Positions 18,827-29,303 are shown, numbered from the stretch's first letter. The stretch is 64,000 nucleotides of DNA from Candidatus Omnitrophota bacterium (GCA_023227985.1 JALOCB010000003.1:5260-69259), one strand, 5' to 3'. Notes: generated by a model from the letters alone, not told the origin. Translations and numbers: made by a program.

Positions 18827-19549
18827 ATGGACATAAAAGAACGCAGGCAGGCAATAAGGTGGCAAATAAACAGCCCCGGGCAAATTGTTCTGGAGGACTG
18901 CCGGGCGTTAGTTAATTGCACTATACTTGATATAAGTTACCGGGGGGTCCAGGTATTGCTGGATAAACCTCTGGAGAATACCAAGTTATTCAAGATCAGC
19001 GTCGTACTTTCCGAGGAGTGCTACCTGGACAGCATCGACCTGCGCAGCGTCTGGCACAGGAAGGTTCCGGAAGGCGAGCTTTACGGCTTGTATTTTAACC
19101 GCATAAAAGACATAGATAAAGAGAAGATCTACAAATTTGTCTTTAAGCACGCACCAAGGCAAATACATCAACAGTGGTGGCAGGAATCTGACAAGGGGGG
19201 GGGTGAATCAATGGAAGATATGGGGACCAACGACAAGAGAGTCTTTGCGCGGTTTCCGGTGCAGATGGCTTTGAAATTCATTGATCTATTATCCAACAGG
19301 GAAGGCCAGGCGCATGCTTATGATATCAGCGCCAAGGGTTTGGGATTTATGGCGACCGAGGAATTAAAACCGCTTACACCGTTGGAGATGTGGCTACAGG
19401 TCCCGGATAAAGGGGAGCCGCTTTATACCAGAGGTGAAGTAGTCTGGTCAGAGATGGTCGAACCTAATAAATACAAGGCCGGGATCAATCTGGAAAGAGC
19501 GGACCTGATGGGTGTTTCCCGGGTTTTAAGGACCCTCAATACGATATAG
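18827..19549 (+). CDS. Tandem PilZ-domain protein, a putative c-di-GMP receptor.
   Basis: Two PilZ-like segments, each with an RxxxR motif followed by a D-x-S-x-x-G motif: RRQAIRW...LDISYRGVQV and DKRVFARFPV...YDISAKGLGF. Confidence 0.5.
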   Translation: MDIKERRQAIRWQINSPGQIVLEDCRALVNCTILDISYRGVQVLLDKPLENTKLFKISVVLSEECYLDSIDLRSVWHRKVPEGELYGLYFNRIKDIDKEKIYKFVFKHAPRQIHQQWWQESDKGGGESMEDMGTNDKRVFARFPVQMALKFIDLLSNREGQAHAYDISAKGLGFMATEELKPLTPLEMWLQVPDKGEPLYTRGEVVWSEMVEPNKYKAGINLERADLMGVSRVLRTLNTI

Positions 19550-19583
19550 TCTTGAGCTCAAGATCCCCACAGTAATAAAAGCC

Positions 19584-19612
19584 TTGACCAGGCAATTAAC
19601 CTGTGTTAAATT
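19584..19612 (+). promoter_or_regulatory. Candidate sigma70 promoter for the ABC transporter operon. TTGACC, 17-nt spacer, TAAATT.
   Basis: Hexamers read directly, about 70 nt upstream of the 19680 start. The RBS AGGAGGGG precedes the ATG. Confidence 0.3.
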
Positions 19613-19679
19613 CGAATATTGTCTTCATTAGCCATTTCTGTAATATTCTGTTATCTCGTTCATATTTAGGAGGGGAATA

Positions 19680-20996
19680 ATGTTCAGAAACAGGGTCAGC
19701 TTCAAATCGTGGTCGGTTTTTTTAATGATTATCTTGGGTTTTTCCTGCCTTAGCGGATGCGCGGGCGAGAGCGGACAATCCGGTAAGTCTTTATTGATCT
19801 GGCATTGGATGACCGACAGGCAGCAGGCCTTTGACGAGTTGGCCAAAAGATACGAGGCTGCTTACGGAGTGAAAGTTAATTTTGATCTCTATGCGCCTTC
19901 GGACGCGTATTCCCAGAAAGTTCGGGCAGCTGCCCAAGGGGTTAATCTCCCTGATGTGTTCGGTATTTTAGCCGAAAAACGCGACTTTGCCGCGTTTGTC
20001 GAGGCCGGCCATATCCTTGACCTCACCTATTATATGGACGAGAACGCCGGCCAATGGCGCAATGTCTTCTTTGCCAAAGCCCTTCAGATAAATGAATTCC
20101 CCGCAGGCAACATTTATAAAGTAGCTCCGGGTATTTACGGCGTTCCCATAGATACTATGACCATACAGCTGGTTTATAACAAAGATCTGTTCAGGAAGAT
20201 GGGGCTTGATCCGGCAAAACCGCCGGTCACCTTCAGTGAATTCATCGGGATAGCCAAGAAAATAAAAGAAAATAACCTGCAGGGCCTGGTTTCAGGATGG
20301 GGTGAATACTGGCTGATTGATTGTTTCGCCAATAATTACGCCTTCAACCTTATGGGCCAGGACAAGGTCCTGGCTACCATAAAGGGGCAGGTCCCTTATA
20401 CCGATCCCGACTGGATTAAGGTTTTGGCCTTGTTCAAAGACATGCGCGATTCCGGCCTGTTGTATAGCGGAGCGATCGCTATGGTCAATAAGGACGCTGA
20501 GCAGGCTTTTGCCAATGAAAAAGCGGTTTTTGCTTTTAACGGCTCTTGGTGCGTGAATGTCTATAAGGAAATGAATCCTAAATTGAATTACGGGGTAATG
20601 CTTCCGCCTAAAATATCTGATAAATACCCGGTGAGCATCTGGGGAGGGGCAGGTTCTTCTTTTATGGTCAACGCCCGTTCGGCGAAAAAGGACGAGGCGG
20701 TAAAGTTCCTGAAATGGCTCACTGCCAAAGAACAGCAGGTTTATTTGTCGGAAGCGACTAATAATCTGCCGGCTAATAAAGAAAGCCTGAATACTATACC
20801 CAAGATCCTTTCCGCGTTCGCCAAGAACATAGATTACACCACCCATCCCAATATCTGGGGCGTGTCGGAGTTTCCTCTGGTGGTTGAGGCCCTGGATAAA
20901 GGGATACAGTCTATAATAATCGGGGAAAAGACCCCGGAACAAGTGGCCCAGGAAGTCCAAAGGACCAAGGAAAAAGAAATAGCGAAGAAGCGTTAA
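19680..20996 (+). CDS. ABC transporter extracellular solute-binding protein (family 1, sugar-type) lipoprotein.
   Basis: Signal peptide with lipobox LSGCAG. Length and composition typical of sugar SBPs. Followed by two permease genes. Confidence 0.7.
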   Translation: MFRNRVSFKSWSVFLMIILGFSCLSGCAGESGQSGKSLLIWHWMTDRQQAFDELAKRYEAAYGVKVNFDLYAPSDAYSQKVRAAAQGVNLPDVFGILAEKRDFAAFVEAGHILDLTYYMDENAGQWRNVFFAKALQINEFPAGNIYKVAPGIYGVPIDTMTIQLVYNKDLFRKMGLDPAKPPVTFSEFIGIAKKIKENNLQGLVSGWGEYWLIDCFANNYAFNLMGQDKVLATIKGQVPYTDPDWIKVLALFKDMRDSGLLYSGAIAMVNKDAEQAFANEKAVFAFNGSWCVNVYKEMNPKLNYGVMLPPKISDKYPVSIWGGAGSSFMVNARSAKKDEAVKFLKWLTAKEQQVYLSEATNNLPANKESLNTIPKILSAFAKNIDYTTHPNIWGVSEFPLVVEALDKGIQSIIIGEKTPEQVAQEVQRTKEKEIAKKR

Positions 20997-21006
20997 GGTT
21001 TAGCCA

Positions 21007-21921
21007 ATGAAAGTCAAAGCTACTTTAGAAAACTATCTTTTTGTCCTGCCGGCTGTGGCGATATTCAGCGTTTTCTATGTCATCCCGTTCATTTGGGTAT
21101 TTCAGCTGGGGATGTATGAATGGAACGGGATATCCGTAAGCAGGGTGTTCGTCGGCTTAAGCAATTTCAAGGAAATACTTTTTGGCGATCCCGTATGGTG
21201 GCAGGCAATGCGCCAGGTCGGCTACATAACCCTGTTTGCCCTTACCTTCCAGAATGCCCTGGCTTTTATGCTGGCAATGGCCTGCGACCGCGAGATAAGG
21301 CTTAAGAATTTTTACCGGGTCCTGTTTTTCATCCCGCCGGTATTATCCGAGGTAGTTGTCGGCCTGGTCTGGAAATACATAATCCTGAACAGCGACGGCC
21401 TGGTGAACCACGGCATCGCCACTGTCGGCCTGACTAATTTCTTTAATTCCTGGTTATCCCTGCCTAATCAACCTTTTACCGGCAATTGGACATCGCATAC
21501 CAATACCGCGTTGACCTGCGTGGCCATTGTGCATTCCTGGAAAGGTTTCGGCTGGGGGTTTTTGATCTTCCTGGCCGGTTTGCAGGGCATCCCGCGCGAG
21601 CTTTACGAGGCGGCCAAGGTGGACGGCGCCAATTCCTGGGATTGTTTCCGCAAGATAACCCTGCCTTTGATGGTCCCGGTGATCGTATTGGTGGCCATAC
21701 TGACTATCCTGGGCACTATGCAATCTTTTGTCCTGATAATTTCCCTTATCGGCGGCGAACTTGCCGGCCACACTACCGTGCCGGTTTTAAGAATACTGGC
21801 TTCAATGCGCGGATCTTCGCGGTTCGGTTATGCCTGCGCGCAGGGCATAAGTTTCGGGGTAATATTGGTAATGATATCTTTTATCCAGTATAAGTTCTCC
21901 CAAAAGTTCAAACAGGCTTAA
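21007..21921 (+). CDS. ABC transporter permease, MalF/UgpA-like.
   Basis: EAA-loop signature YEAAKVDGANSWDCFRKITLPLM. Six TM segments. Confidence 0.75.
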   Translation: MKVKATLENYLFVLPAVAIFSVFYVIPFIWVFQLGMYEWNGISVSRVFVGLSNFKEILFGDPVWWQAMRQVGYITLFALTFQNALAFMLAMACDREIRLKNFYRVLFFIPPVLSEVVVGLVWKYIILNSDGLVNHGIATVGLTNFFNSWLSLPNQPFTGNWTSHTNTALTCVAIVHSWKGFGWGFLIFLAGLQGIPRELYEAAKVDGANSWDCFRKITLPLMVPVIVLVAILTILGTMQSFVLIISLIGGELAGHTTVPVLRILASMRGSSRFGYACAQGISFGVILVMISFIQYKFSQKFKQA

Positions 21922-21925
21922 AAAA

Positions 21926-22774
21926 ATGAGATCGATCGCTTATTACAAAACAAAAAAGATATTCACCAACGTAATAATCCACATATTCCTTCTGTCGGTG
22001 GCCGTCTCCTGCGTATTCCCTTTGTTATGGATGGCGTCTTCGAGCCTTAAGACCCAGGAGACCATATTCAAGGATATGTCCATTGTCCCCAAGGAATTCC
22101 ATTTTGAGAACTACGTTGTTGCCTGGAAAGAAGGCGGGTTCGGAAGGTATTTCCTGAACAGCATATTTTATACCACTTCCGTGGTCGTCGGCATCATTAT
22201 CATTTCGTCCCTTGCCGCTTACGCCTTTTCCCGTTTCAGTTTTCCCGGGAAGAATTTTTTGTTTTACGTGTTTATGGCCGCGATGATGATCCCTATCCCG
22301 GGCAGCTTCGTGCCTTTATACGTCCTTTTGAATAAACTGCACCTGCGCAATACCGCGGTAGGTTATATATTGTGCATGATTAATGTTGGGCTATCCACCA
22401 GCATTTTTCTTTTAAAGACATTCTTCGACAAACTGCCGCATGAATTGGAAGACGCGGCCCGGATCGACGGATGCTCTAAATTCGGGATCTGGTGGCATGT
22501 GGCCCTGCCGTTGGCCAAACCGGTAATGGCCGTGGTTGTTGTTTTTAACGCGCTGAACGTCTGGAATGAATATGTCCTGGCGTTGATCATTTTTGACAGT
22601 AAAGGACTGATGCCTTTGCAGGTGGCTTTGACCACCTTCCAGGGGGAATTCATCACCCGCTATCCGCTGTTGATGGCCGGGCTTACAATAACGGCTTTGC
22701 CGATAATATTGGTCTATCTTTTAATGCAGAAATATATAGTCAAAGGCGTAACCCAGGGGGCTCTGGTAGGATGA
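21926..22774 (+). CDS. ABC transporter permease, MalG/UgpE-like.
   Basis: EAA-loop signature EDAARIDGCSKFGIWWHVALPLAKP. Confidence 0.75.
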   Translation: MRSIAYYKTKKIFTNVIIHIFLLSVAVSCVFPLLWMASSSLKTQETIFKDMSIVPKEFHFENYVVAWKEGGFGRYFLNSIFYTTSVVVGIIIISSLAAYAFSRFSFPGKNFLFYVFMAAMMIPIPGSFVPLYVLLNKLHLRNTAVGYILCMINVGLSTSIFLLKTFFDKLPHELEDAARIDGCSKFGIWWHVALPLAKPVMAVVVVFNALNVWNEYVLALIIFDSKGLMPLQVALTTFQGEFITRYPLLMAGLTITALPIILVYLLMQKYIVKGVTQGALVG

Positions 22775-25086
22775 CCTTAAGATTAAACAACCTGATTTGC
22801 TTGTCCGTTTGTGTTTTATCAGCGGTTTTTTATCCCGGCGCGGGCTTTGCTCAGAATAACCCTGAAGCTGCGGATGCCCGGATGTCTTCTGCGGATTTGA
22901 TCAATAAATCCTGGGAGTCGCACGGCGCCAGGGATATAGAGGCTACATTCAAATATACGCAGGAATGCATTGATTATTATAAAGAAGACGCGGATAAACA
23001 ACAAGCGGCCTTGAGAGCTTTACCTAAGGGCAAGGATGAGATAGATAATGTCCAGGCCTTGAATGACGTGGCTACCGCGTATTTTATCCAGGCCGAATCT
23101 TATATGCGCCAGGAAAAACCGGATGAGGCCAAAAAGATATTTCAGTTGATCATCGATAAATATTATTACGCCCAGGCCTGGGATCAGCGCGGCTGGTATT
23201 GGCAGATATCCGAGGCGTCCAAGCAGAGCATCCAGAAGATGGAAAAGGGGACTATAGAACTTGAAAAGAAAGTAAAGGTCAGCCAGCTTCCCACCAAAAT
23301 AGACTTGTATGACCCGGGCAAAGAGGATTTCGTCAATTACGAGGAATACGGGGAGTTCGTCAATCTCGGCAAAGAAGATTATAAATACGTTATCACCGAC
23401 CAGGAAGGCTTAAGCCTGGCTGTAGGGGAAGGGATCTTTCCCAATACCTCTTCCGTCAGATGGGACCCGAAGTTCAAGAAAGCGCTCAAAGATAAGAGGC
23501 TGTACGGTAATCATTGGGATTTCGTGCATTCCCCCGATCTTGAGGCGGCGTTTTTTAAATGGGCTACCGGCTCTGAGCCTGCCGGTGTAAGGCTTTTTTA
23601 TACCGGGCTTATACTGGAAAAATCCGGCTTGATCAAGCACGCGCTAAAATGCTATTATGCCATATTGGTGCATTACCCCGGGAGTTACGGGTGGACGTAT
23701 TTCAAGACCCCCTGGTATATAGGATACGCGGCGATATCCAAGATAAATTTCCTGCTGAGCAAAAACCCGCAGTTAGGCTATAAGCTGGTTGACGCGGATA
23801 TAAAGATCAAGAACGGATTTGATAATAATGTGGCAAACGATATTGTGAGCGCAAACCCGGGGAGGTTCGTTAAGGTCACCCTGATGGATAAATTCAAGCC
23901 TAAACAATCCAAGGAGCTGTTAAGCATAAGGCGGCGCCTGGGTAAAGGCAAGGTCCATCTGCTCCAGTATGAGACAGGCGATTGGGAATTAATAGTCGAC
24001 GGAAAACCGTATGTGATCAAGGGCATAACTTATGCCCCTACCAAGGTCGGCCAATCCCCCGATGACGGGACATTAGGCAATTGGATGGAAGAGGATTTTA
24101 ACAACAACGGAAAAATCGACGGGCCGTACGATTCTTTCGTGGATAAGAACAGGAATAACCTCCAGGACGGCGATGAGCCGGTTGTCGGGGATTTTCATCT
24201 GTTAAAGGATATGGGGGTAAATACCATACGGCTTTATCACCATCCCAGCCCGGTGAATAAAGAGCTGCTGCGGGACCTGTATAATAAATACGGCATCAGG
24301 GTTATCCTGGGCGATTTTTTGGGTAAATATACCATAGGTTCAGGCGCGAAATGGAATCCGGGCACGGACTATAATAATGAAGAGCACCGCAAGAATATGA
24401 TGGACTCGGTGCTGGGCATGGTCAGGGAATTCAAGGATGAGCCTTTTGTATTGTTCTGGCTTTTGGGTAATGAGAATGTGTACGGTTACGCCTGCAACGC
24501 CGATAAGGACCCGGATGCGTTCTTTAAATTTGCCAACGACGTAGCCCGCCAGATCAAGGCTATTGACCCCGAGCATCCCGTGGCTATCTGCAGCGGGGAC
24601 GTGTTATACCTTGATAAATTCGGCCAGCACGCTCCGGATATCGACATCTTCGGGGCTAATGCCTATCGCGGAGAATATGGTTTCGGGTTTTTCTGGCGGC
24701 AGGTTAAGCAGGAAGCGGATAAAGCAGCTTTTATCACCGAATTCGGCTGTTCCGCGTATTCCGAAGGAAAAAATGAGGAAGAGTCCGAATTGCTGCAGGC
24801 GGAATATCATAACGGCAACTGGGATGACATTAAAAATAATATGGCTTTTTCCGAGGGCGCGGGAAACGCTTTGGGCGCTGTTGTCTTTGAATGGATGGAT
24901 GAATGGTGGAAGGGCTATGAACCGGCCATACATGACACTAAAGGGCTGTGGATGGGGCCTTTCCCGGATGGCTATATGCATGAGGAATGGCTGGGGATGA
25001 CCGGTCAGGGCGACGGCAAACTTAGCCCGTTCCTGCGTCAGCTGCGCAAGGCTTATTTCATGTATAAAAAGGAATGGAAAGAATGA
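22771..25086 (+). CDS. Secreted glycoside hydrolase-like protein (TIM-barrel GH2/GH5-like C-terminal half).
   Basis: Signal peptide. Motifs GVNTIRLYHHP and FWLLGNENVYG, where NEN is the typical GH clan-A acid/base. The C-terminal half is homologous to ORF 26332-27684. Confidence 0.45.
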   Translation: MTLRLNNLICLSVCVLSAVFYPGAGFAQNNPEAADARMSSADLINKSWESHGARDIEATFKYTQECIDYYKEDADKQQAALRALPKGKDEIDNVQALNDVATAYFIQAESYMRQEKPDEAKKIFQLIIDKYYYAQAWDQRGWYWQISEASKQSIQKMEKGTIELEKKVKVSQLPTKIDLYDPGKEDFVNYEEYGEFVNLGKEDYKYVITDQEGLSLAVGEGIFPNTSSVRWDPKFKKALKDKRLYGNHWDFVHSPDLEAAFFKWATGSEPAGVRLFYTGLILEKSGLIKHALKCYYAILVHYPGSYGWTYFKTPWYIGYAAISKINFLLSKNPQLGYKLVDADIKIKNGFDNNVANDIVSANPGRFVKVTLMDKFKPKQSKELLSIRRRLGKGKVHLLQYETGDWELIVDGKPYVIKGITYAPTKVGQSPDDGTLGNWMEEDFNNNGKIDGPYDSFVDKNRNNLQDGDEPVVGDFHLLKDMGVNTIRLYHHPSPVNKELLRDLYNKYGIRVILGDFLGKYTIGSGAKWNPGTDYNNEEHRKNMMDSVLGMVREFKDEPFVLFWLLGNENVYGYACNADKDPDAFFKFANDVARQIKAIDPEHPVAICSGDVLYLDKFGQHAPDIDIFGANAYRGEYGFGFFWRQVKQEADKAAFITEFGCSAYSEGKNEEESELLQAEYHNGNWDDIKNNMAFSEGAGNALGAVVFEWMDEWWKGYEPAIHDTKGLWMGPFPDGYMHEEWLGMTGQGDGKLSPFLRQLRKAYFMYKKEWKE

Positions 25087-25087
25087 T

Positions 25088-25108
25088 GGTCTCGCGCTGA
25101 GACCTTTA
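25088..25108 (+). terminator. Weak hairpin GGTCTC-GCGCT-GAGACC followed by TTTA after the GH gene.
   Basis: Read directly. The T-tract is short. Confidence 0.25.
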
Positions 25109-25217
25109 GATATATGGGAGAAGAAAGGGGGTGTTTCAGGCAAATACGCTAACCTGCTTTCCGGCAAGACTTAAAAATAAGCGGAACAAAATATAATATA
25201 ACAAAGGAGGAGTAAAG

Positions 25218-26372
25218 ATGAAAAGAATTGTCATGATGGCGCTGGCTTTAGCGTTTATCCTTCCTATGGCGTACGCCCAGGAGAAGGACACCGCAGCCGC
25301 AGAGGTAAAGGAGTTTTGGGTGTATAAGGACAGGGGAGCCAGGGATAATCATTATGTCCCTTCGGGCTGGATGGGCGATTACGGCGACGTGAAACTGAAC
25401 GACCAGTCGACCGATAATCCTTATTCCGGGACTACCTGCCTGCAGTTTGTTTATACCGCCAAGAAATCCCAGGCGCAAGGCTGGGCAGGCGTGTATTGGC
25501 AGAATCCCCCGAATAACTGGGGCAGCAAAAAGGGCGGATTTGATCTTACCGGAATGACCAAGCTGACTTTCTGGGCCCGCGGGGCAAAAGGCGGGGAAAT
25601 ACTGCAAAAGTTCGTCATTGGGGGGCTTAAAGGCACTTATGCCGACTCAACGACTATTGAATTCGGACCGGTGGAACTTACCGATACCTGGAAACAGTAT
25701 ACCATTAACCTGGTAGGCAAGGACTTGACTTATATCAGCGGCGGGTTCGGATGGGTGACTACCGCGGACCTGAATCCCGAAGGAGCAACGATATACATTG
25801 ATGATATCAAATATGAAGTTGACACCATGATGAAGGCTGAAAGCAAAAAACAGGAAGCTATGCCTTTCTACATCTATGCGGATCGCTCTTCGGTAAACAA
25901 CCATTTTGTCCCTTCGGGCTGGATGGGCGATTACGGCGACATAAAATATGACGGCGCCAACAAAGAAGACGCGTATCTGGGCGACACCTGCGTTAAGATA
26001 ACCTACAGCGGCAAAGTCTCTCAGGGGGCGCGTTGGGCTGGTATGTACTGGCAGAATCCCGCTAACAACTGGGGGACCATAGACAAAGGTTTCGATCTTT
26101 CCAAGGCGACTAAAATCACCTTCTGGGCCCGCGGGGCAAAAGGCGGGGAGAGGATCGAAGAATTCAAGGTCGGCGGTATCATGGGAGAGTTCTCGGATTC
26201 CGACGCTGCCGGTATCGGCCCGGTCATCCTGAATAAGGAATGGGCCCAGTACAGCATTGATCTGAAAGGGAAAGACCTGTCATTCATCATCGGCGGATTC
26301 TGTTGGGCGACGAACATCGACGTGAATCCCGATGGAGCTATTTTCTATCTGGATGAGATCAAGTACGAATAA
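25218..26372 (+). CDS. Secreted protein with two tandem ~170-aa repeats, probably a carbohydrate-binding module.
   Basis: Signal peptide MKRIVMMALALAFILPMAYAQ. The unit xVPSGWMGDYGD...WAGxYWQNPxNNWG...TKxTFWARGAKGGE occurs twice. Confidence 0.6.
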   Translation: MKRIVMMALALAFILPMAYAQEKDTAAAEVKEFWVYKDRGARDNHYVPSGWMGDYGDVKLNDQSTDNPYSGTTCLQFVYTAKKSQAQGWAGVYWQNPPNNWGSKKGGFDLTGMTKLTFWARGAKGGEILQKFVIGGLKGTYADSTTIEFGPVELTDTWKQYTINLVGKDLTYISGGFGWVTTADLNPEGATIYIDDIKYEVDTMMKAESKKQEAMPFYIYADRSSVNNHFVPSGWMGDYGDIKYDGANKEDAYLGDTCVKITYSGKVSQGARWAGMYWQNPANNWGTIDKGFDLSKATKITFWARGAKGGERIEEFKVGGIMGEFSDSDAAGIGPVILNKEWAQYSIDLKGKDLSFIIGGFCWATNIDVNPDGAIFYLDEIKYE

Positions 26373-27684
26373 GCAGGAAGATAGTAACGTAAAAGGCATC
26401 AGCCACAAGCAGCAGGCTCAAAACCGCCGTTTATATCTGGCGGTGGTCGCAGGCCTGTTGCTTGTGGTTTTATTTTTCGGGTATATACTGATCGCCGTAA
26501 ATAAGCCCCGGCCCAGGGTGTACATAAAAAAATACCGTAACGGCAGTTACCGGATGTTCGCCTCCGGAAAGCCTTATGTGGTCAAAGGCGTTTGTTATAA
26601 CCCTATACCTGTCGGGTTGAGCCATGATTATGACTGGTGGTCTGATCCCTATAAGCCCTGGATGGTTGACGGCAAGCTGATGAAAGAAATGGGAATAAAT
26701 ACCATCCGGATCTACCAGACAGGGGAAAAACCCGAAAATGTCAAGCAGGTCATCCGCGAACTTTACGATAACTTCGGGATCCGCACGATCGTGGGGCATT
26801 GGCTGGGATTCTGGGAATATCCCTGTCCTTTGTACGGGGATGAGGAATTCCAGTCCCGGATCGGTAAAGAGGTTCTGGATATGGTCAATGAGTATAAAGA
26901 TGAACCCGGGGTGCTCTGCTGGATCCTGGGCAATGAGAACAATTATTCCTGCCTGGGCAGCGTAAATCCCTGGTCCAGCGACGATATAGACAAAGAGCCG
27001 GATCTTCAGAAACGCAGAGTTTTGCGCAACCGTATTTATTATTCTTTTGTTAATGATCTGGCTAAAAAGATACACGCGATCGATCCCGAACATCCGGTAG
27101 GCCTGGGTAACGGCGAATTGATCGGATTGGATTCGGCCCAGGAGTACGCATCCGAAGTGGATATGGTCGCCTGCATCATTTATCGGGGCAAGACGTTCGG
27201 CAATCTTTTTAAATCGTTGAAAGCGACTTTTGACAAGCCTATACTTTTGTCCGAGTTCGGCGCGGATGCCTATGACGCGTACTTGAAGAAAGAGGACCAG
27301 AATATGCAGGCTTTCTTCCTGGAATCGCTGTGGCGGCAGATCTATGAGAACCTTGCCGATAATAAGAAAGGCGCTGGGAATTGCCTGGGCGGGGTGATGT
27401 TCGAGTGGACCGATGAGTGGTGGAAACATAATTCGGTGGATCCGGAAAGCTGGAAGGTCCATGATACCGAATCCAACTGGTCCAACGGGAGTTATTATTT
27501 TGATATAAAGGCCCCCAAGAACATGAATATGAACGAGGAATGGTTCGGGATAATCGCTTTATCCGCCGACCAGAAGGATTTCGGCCTGGATATGCGTGTT
27601 CCCCGCAAGGCCTATTACGTGATCAGGGATTTCTGGAATAATCCCAAGGTTAAAGCCAGGAAGCAGAGGGGGAAATCAAAATGA
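26332..27684 (+). CDS. Membrane-anchored glycoside hydrolase-like protein, paralog of the 22771-25086 C-terminal half.
   Basis: Motifs MGINTIRIYQTGE and CWILGNENNYS. N-terminal TM helix. The annotated start overlaps the upstream gene by 41 nt, so the true start is uncertain. Confidence 0.45.
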   Translation: MELFSIWMRSSTNKQEDSNVKGISHKQQAQNRRLYLAVVAGLLLVVLFFGYILIAVNKPRPRVYIKKYRNGSYRMFASGKPYVVKGVCYNPIPVGLSHDYDWWSDPYKPWMVDGKLMKEMGINTIRIYQTGEKPENVKQVIRELYDNFGIRTIVGHWLGFWEYPCPLYGDEEFQSRIGKEVLDMVNEYKDEPGVLCWILGNENNYSCLGSVNPWSSDDIDKEPDLQKRRVLRNRIYYSFVNDLAKKIHAIDPEHPVGLGNGELIGLDSAQEYASEVDMVACIIYRGKTFGNLFKSLKATFDKPILLSEFGADAYDAYLKKEDQNMQAFFLESLWRQIYENLADNKKGAGNCLGGVMFEWTDEWWKHNSVDPESWKVHDTESNWSNGSYYFDIKAPKNMNMNEEWFGIIALSADQKDFGLDMRVPRKAYYVIRDFWNNPKVKARKQRGKSK

Positions 27685-29303
27685 AGATAAAAAACGGAAC
27701 GCAAGCGGTAATGTCGTTTTTTGCGGTATTGATTTCTATGTGTTACGCGGTTTCTGCCTTTTCCCAGCCGCAGCCGGCTTGCTGCGGGGATCTGCTTAAG
27801 CGGGCAAATTCTTCCGTGAACAGCCGGGAGCTTTTTGTTGATTTTCAGTCCTGCCAGGCCGAATACCTTAAGGATGGACGTTACAGCAACTTCGTGGATT
27901 TCTTAAAGGGCCTGGGACAGAAGAAAAAGGGCCTGGAGCCGCTCATTAATTATTTTACCGGCTTGACCCGTTATCTGCAGATGAGATTCCTGGAAGAAAA
28001 ACAGGCCTGGGATGAATATTTCAGCCAGGGCAATAATTACCGCGACGAGATCTCCGCGTCCCTGGATAAAGCGGTTAAATCCACTGACGCGAATGAGGCG
28101 TTGAATATTCACGCCCGGCTGATATTGTGGCGGTTCCATTATGACCAGCAGGATGTGTTCGCGGAACAATCCCTGACGGATCTGTTTAACTCCGCGATCG
28201 AATACGCAAAGACCGGGCAGGACCTGTCTGTGGTGAAAAAGACCGCGGACACCCTGATTTCTTACGGGGAGAGGTCAAAAGCGGCCCAGTTATACAAGCT
28301 TTATATTAACACGGTGATCGCCGCCGGGACAAAAGCCGATGATATAAAAGCTTTGGCTTTAGGGTTTTTAAATGAGGGCAATATTGAATTGGCCCAAACC
28401 GCCTTTGACAGCTATATAAAGAAGGTGATCGAGACCTTCACCGCTGAAGAAAAAGCCGCGGCTTTGAGAGAGGTGGCGCTTTTATTCGCCTGGAAGGAGC
28501 CGGAGGCTAAGGACGGTTTATACGCGGAGAAGATATTCAAAGCGATGGAAGAGGGGTGCGGTAAAGACGCATTTGATGAGGAGCTTTTGTATCTAAGGGC
28601 GTATAACCTGGAGCGGGTCAAGGAATACTCGTCCGCCAAGGATGTTTATATAGAACTTTTGACCCGTTTCCCGCAGACCCAATACGCGCAAACCTGCGCT
28701 TATAAGATCGGGTTGATCGCGTTATACATCGATAGGGATGAAAGCACAGCCAGGCAGTATTTTGAAAAGGGCGTTCAGGGCGATCCTTCCGGATCATCGG
28801 GGCTTTCCAGCTTATATCAATTGGGGGTATTGACCCAGTGGGAAGATGAGCTTACCCGGGCCCAGGGTTATTATGATAAACTGATCGAAAACGCGCAAGG
28901 CAGCGGTTTTTCGGATATCGTTGCCTTGACCAAAGACAGGCAAGCCGAGATCAACAGCGAAAAACCTTTGGATAACAACATCAAGATCATGCTGGACCTG
29001 GCTTTGAAGCCGGATAATTCCAATCTGGATATGTCTAAGGTGCAGACTAAAGTTTCTCCGTCAGTGTCCGGGATAGACGGGGAATTTACCATAACCTCCA
29101 GCGCGACCTCGCCGCAAAGCGGATGTATGCAGGTGGCTTTGGACTATATATGGGCGGGTGATCTGGGAAAAATAACCCCTTCCGCCGACTCGTCCGCGTT
29201 AACCGTTGCTTATTCCGATCCCGGGACAAAGATAGTCGGTCTTGTAGTTATGTGCCCCTATGGGGTATTGGACAGGAGCATTGATATAATCGACGTTGAA
29301 TAA
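27681..29303 (+). CDS. Hypothetical secreted protein, helical repeat-rich.
   Basis: Signal peptide. No catalytic motifs recognised. Confidence 0.45.
   Translation: MKIKNGTQAVMSFFAVLISMCYAVSAFSQPQPACCGDLLKRANSSVNSRELFVDFQSCQAEYLKDGRYSNFVDFLKGLGQKKKGLEPLINYFTGLTRYLQMRFLEEKQAWDEYFSQGNNYRDEISASLDKAVKSTDANEALNIHARLILWRFHYDQQDVFAEQSLTDLFNSAIEYAKTGQDLSVVKKTADTLISYGERSKAAQLYKLYINTVIAAGTKADDIKALALGFLNEGNIELAQTAFDSYIKKVIETFTAEEKAAALREVALLFAWKEPEAKDGLYAEKIFKAMEEGCGKDAFDEELLYLRAYNLERVKEYSSAKDVYIELLTRFPQTQYAQTCAYKIGLIALYIDRDESTARQYFEKGVQGDPSGSSGLSSLYQLGVLTQWEDELTRAQGYYDKLIENAQGSGFSDIVALTKDRQAEINSEKPLDNNIKIMLDLALKPDNSNLDMSKVQTKVSPSVSGIDGEFTITSSATSPQSGCMQVALDYIWAGDLGKITPSADSSALTVAYSDPGTKIVGLVVMCPYGVLDRSIDIIDVE

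Noticed and set aside
21454-21893. Overlapping ORFs 21486-21893 (+) and 21454-21771 (-) within the ABC permease gene.
   Set aside because: They are alternative-frame or antisense ORFs inside a permease gene that has a clear EAA-loop signature.
26470-27462. A 330-aa minus-strand ORF antisense to the GH-like gene.
   Set aside because: It overlaps a well-supported coding gene on the opposite strand entirely. It has no recognisable motifs.
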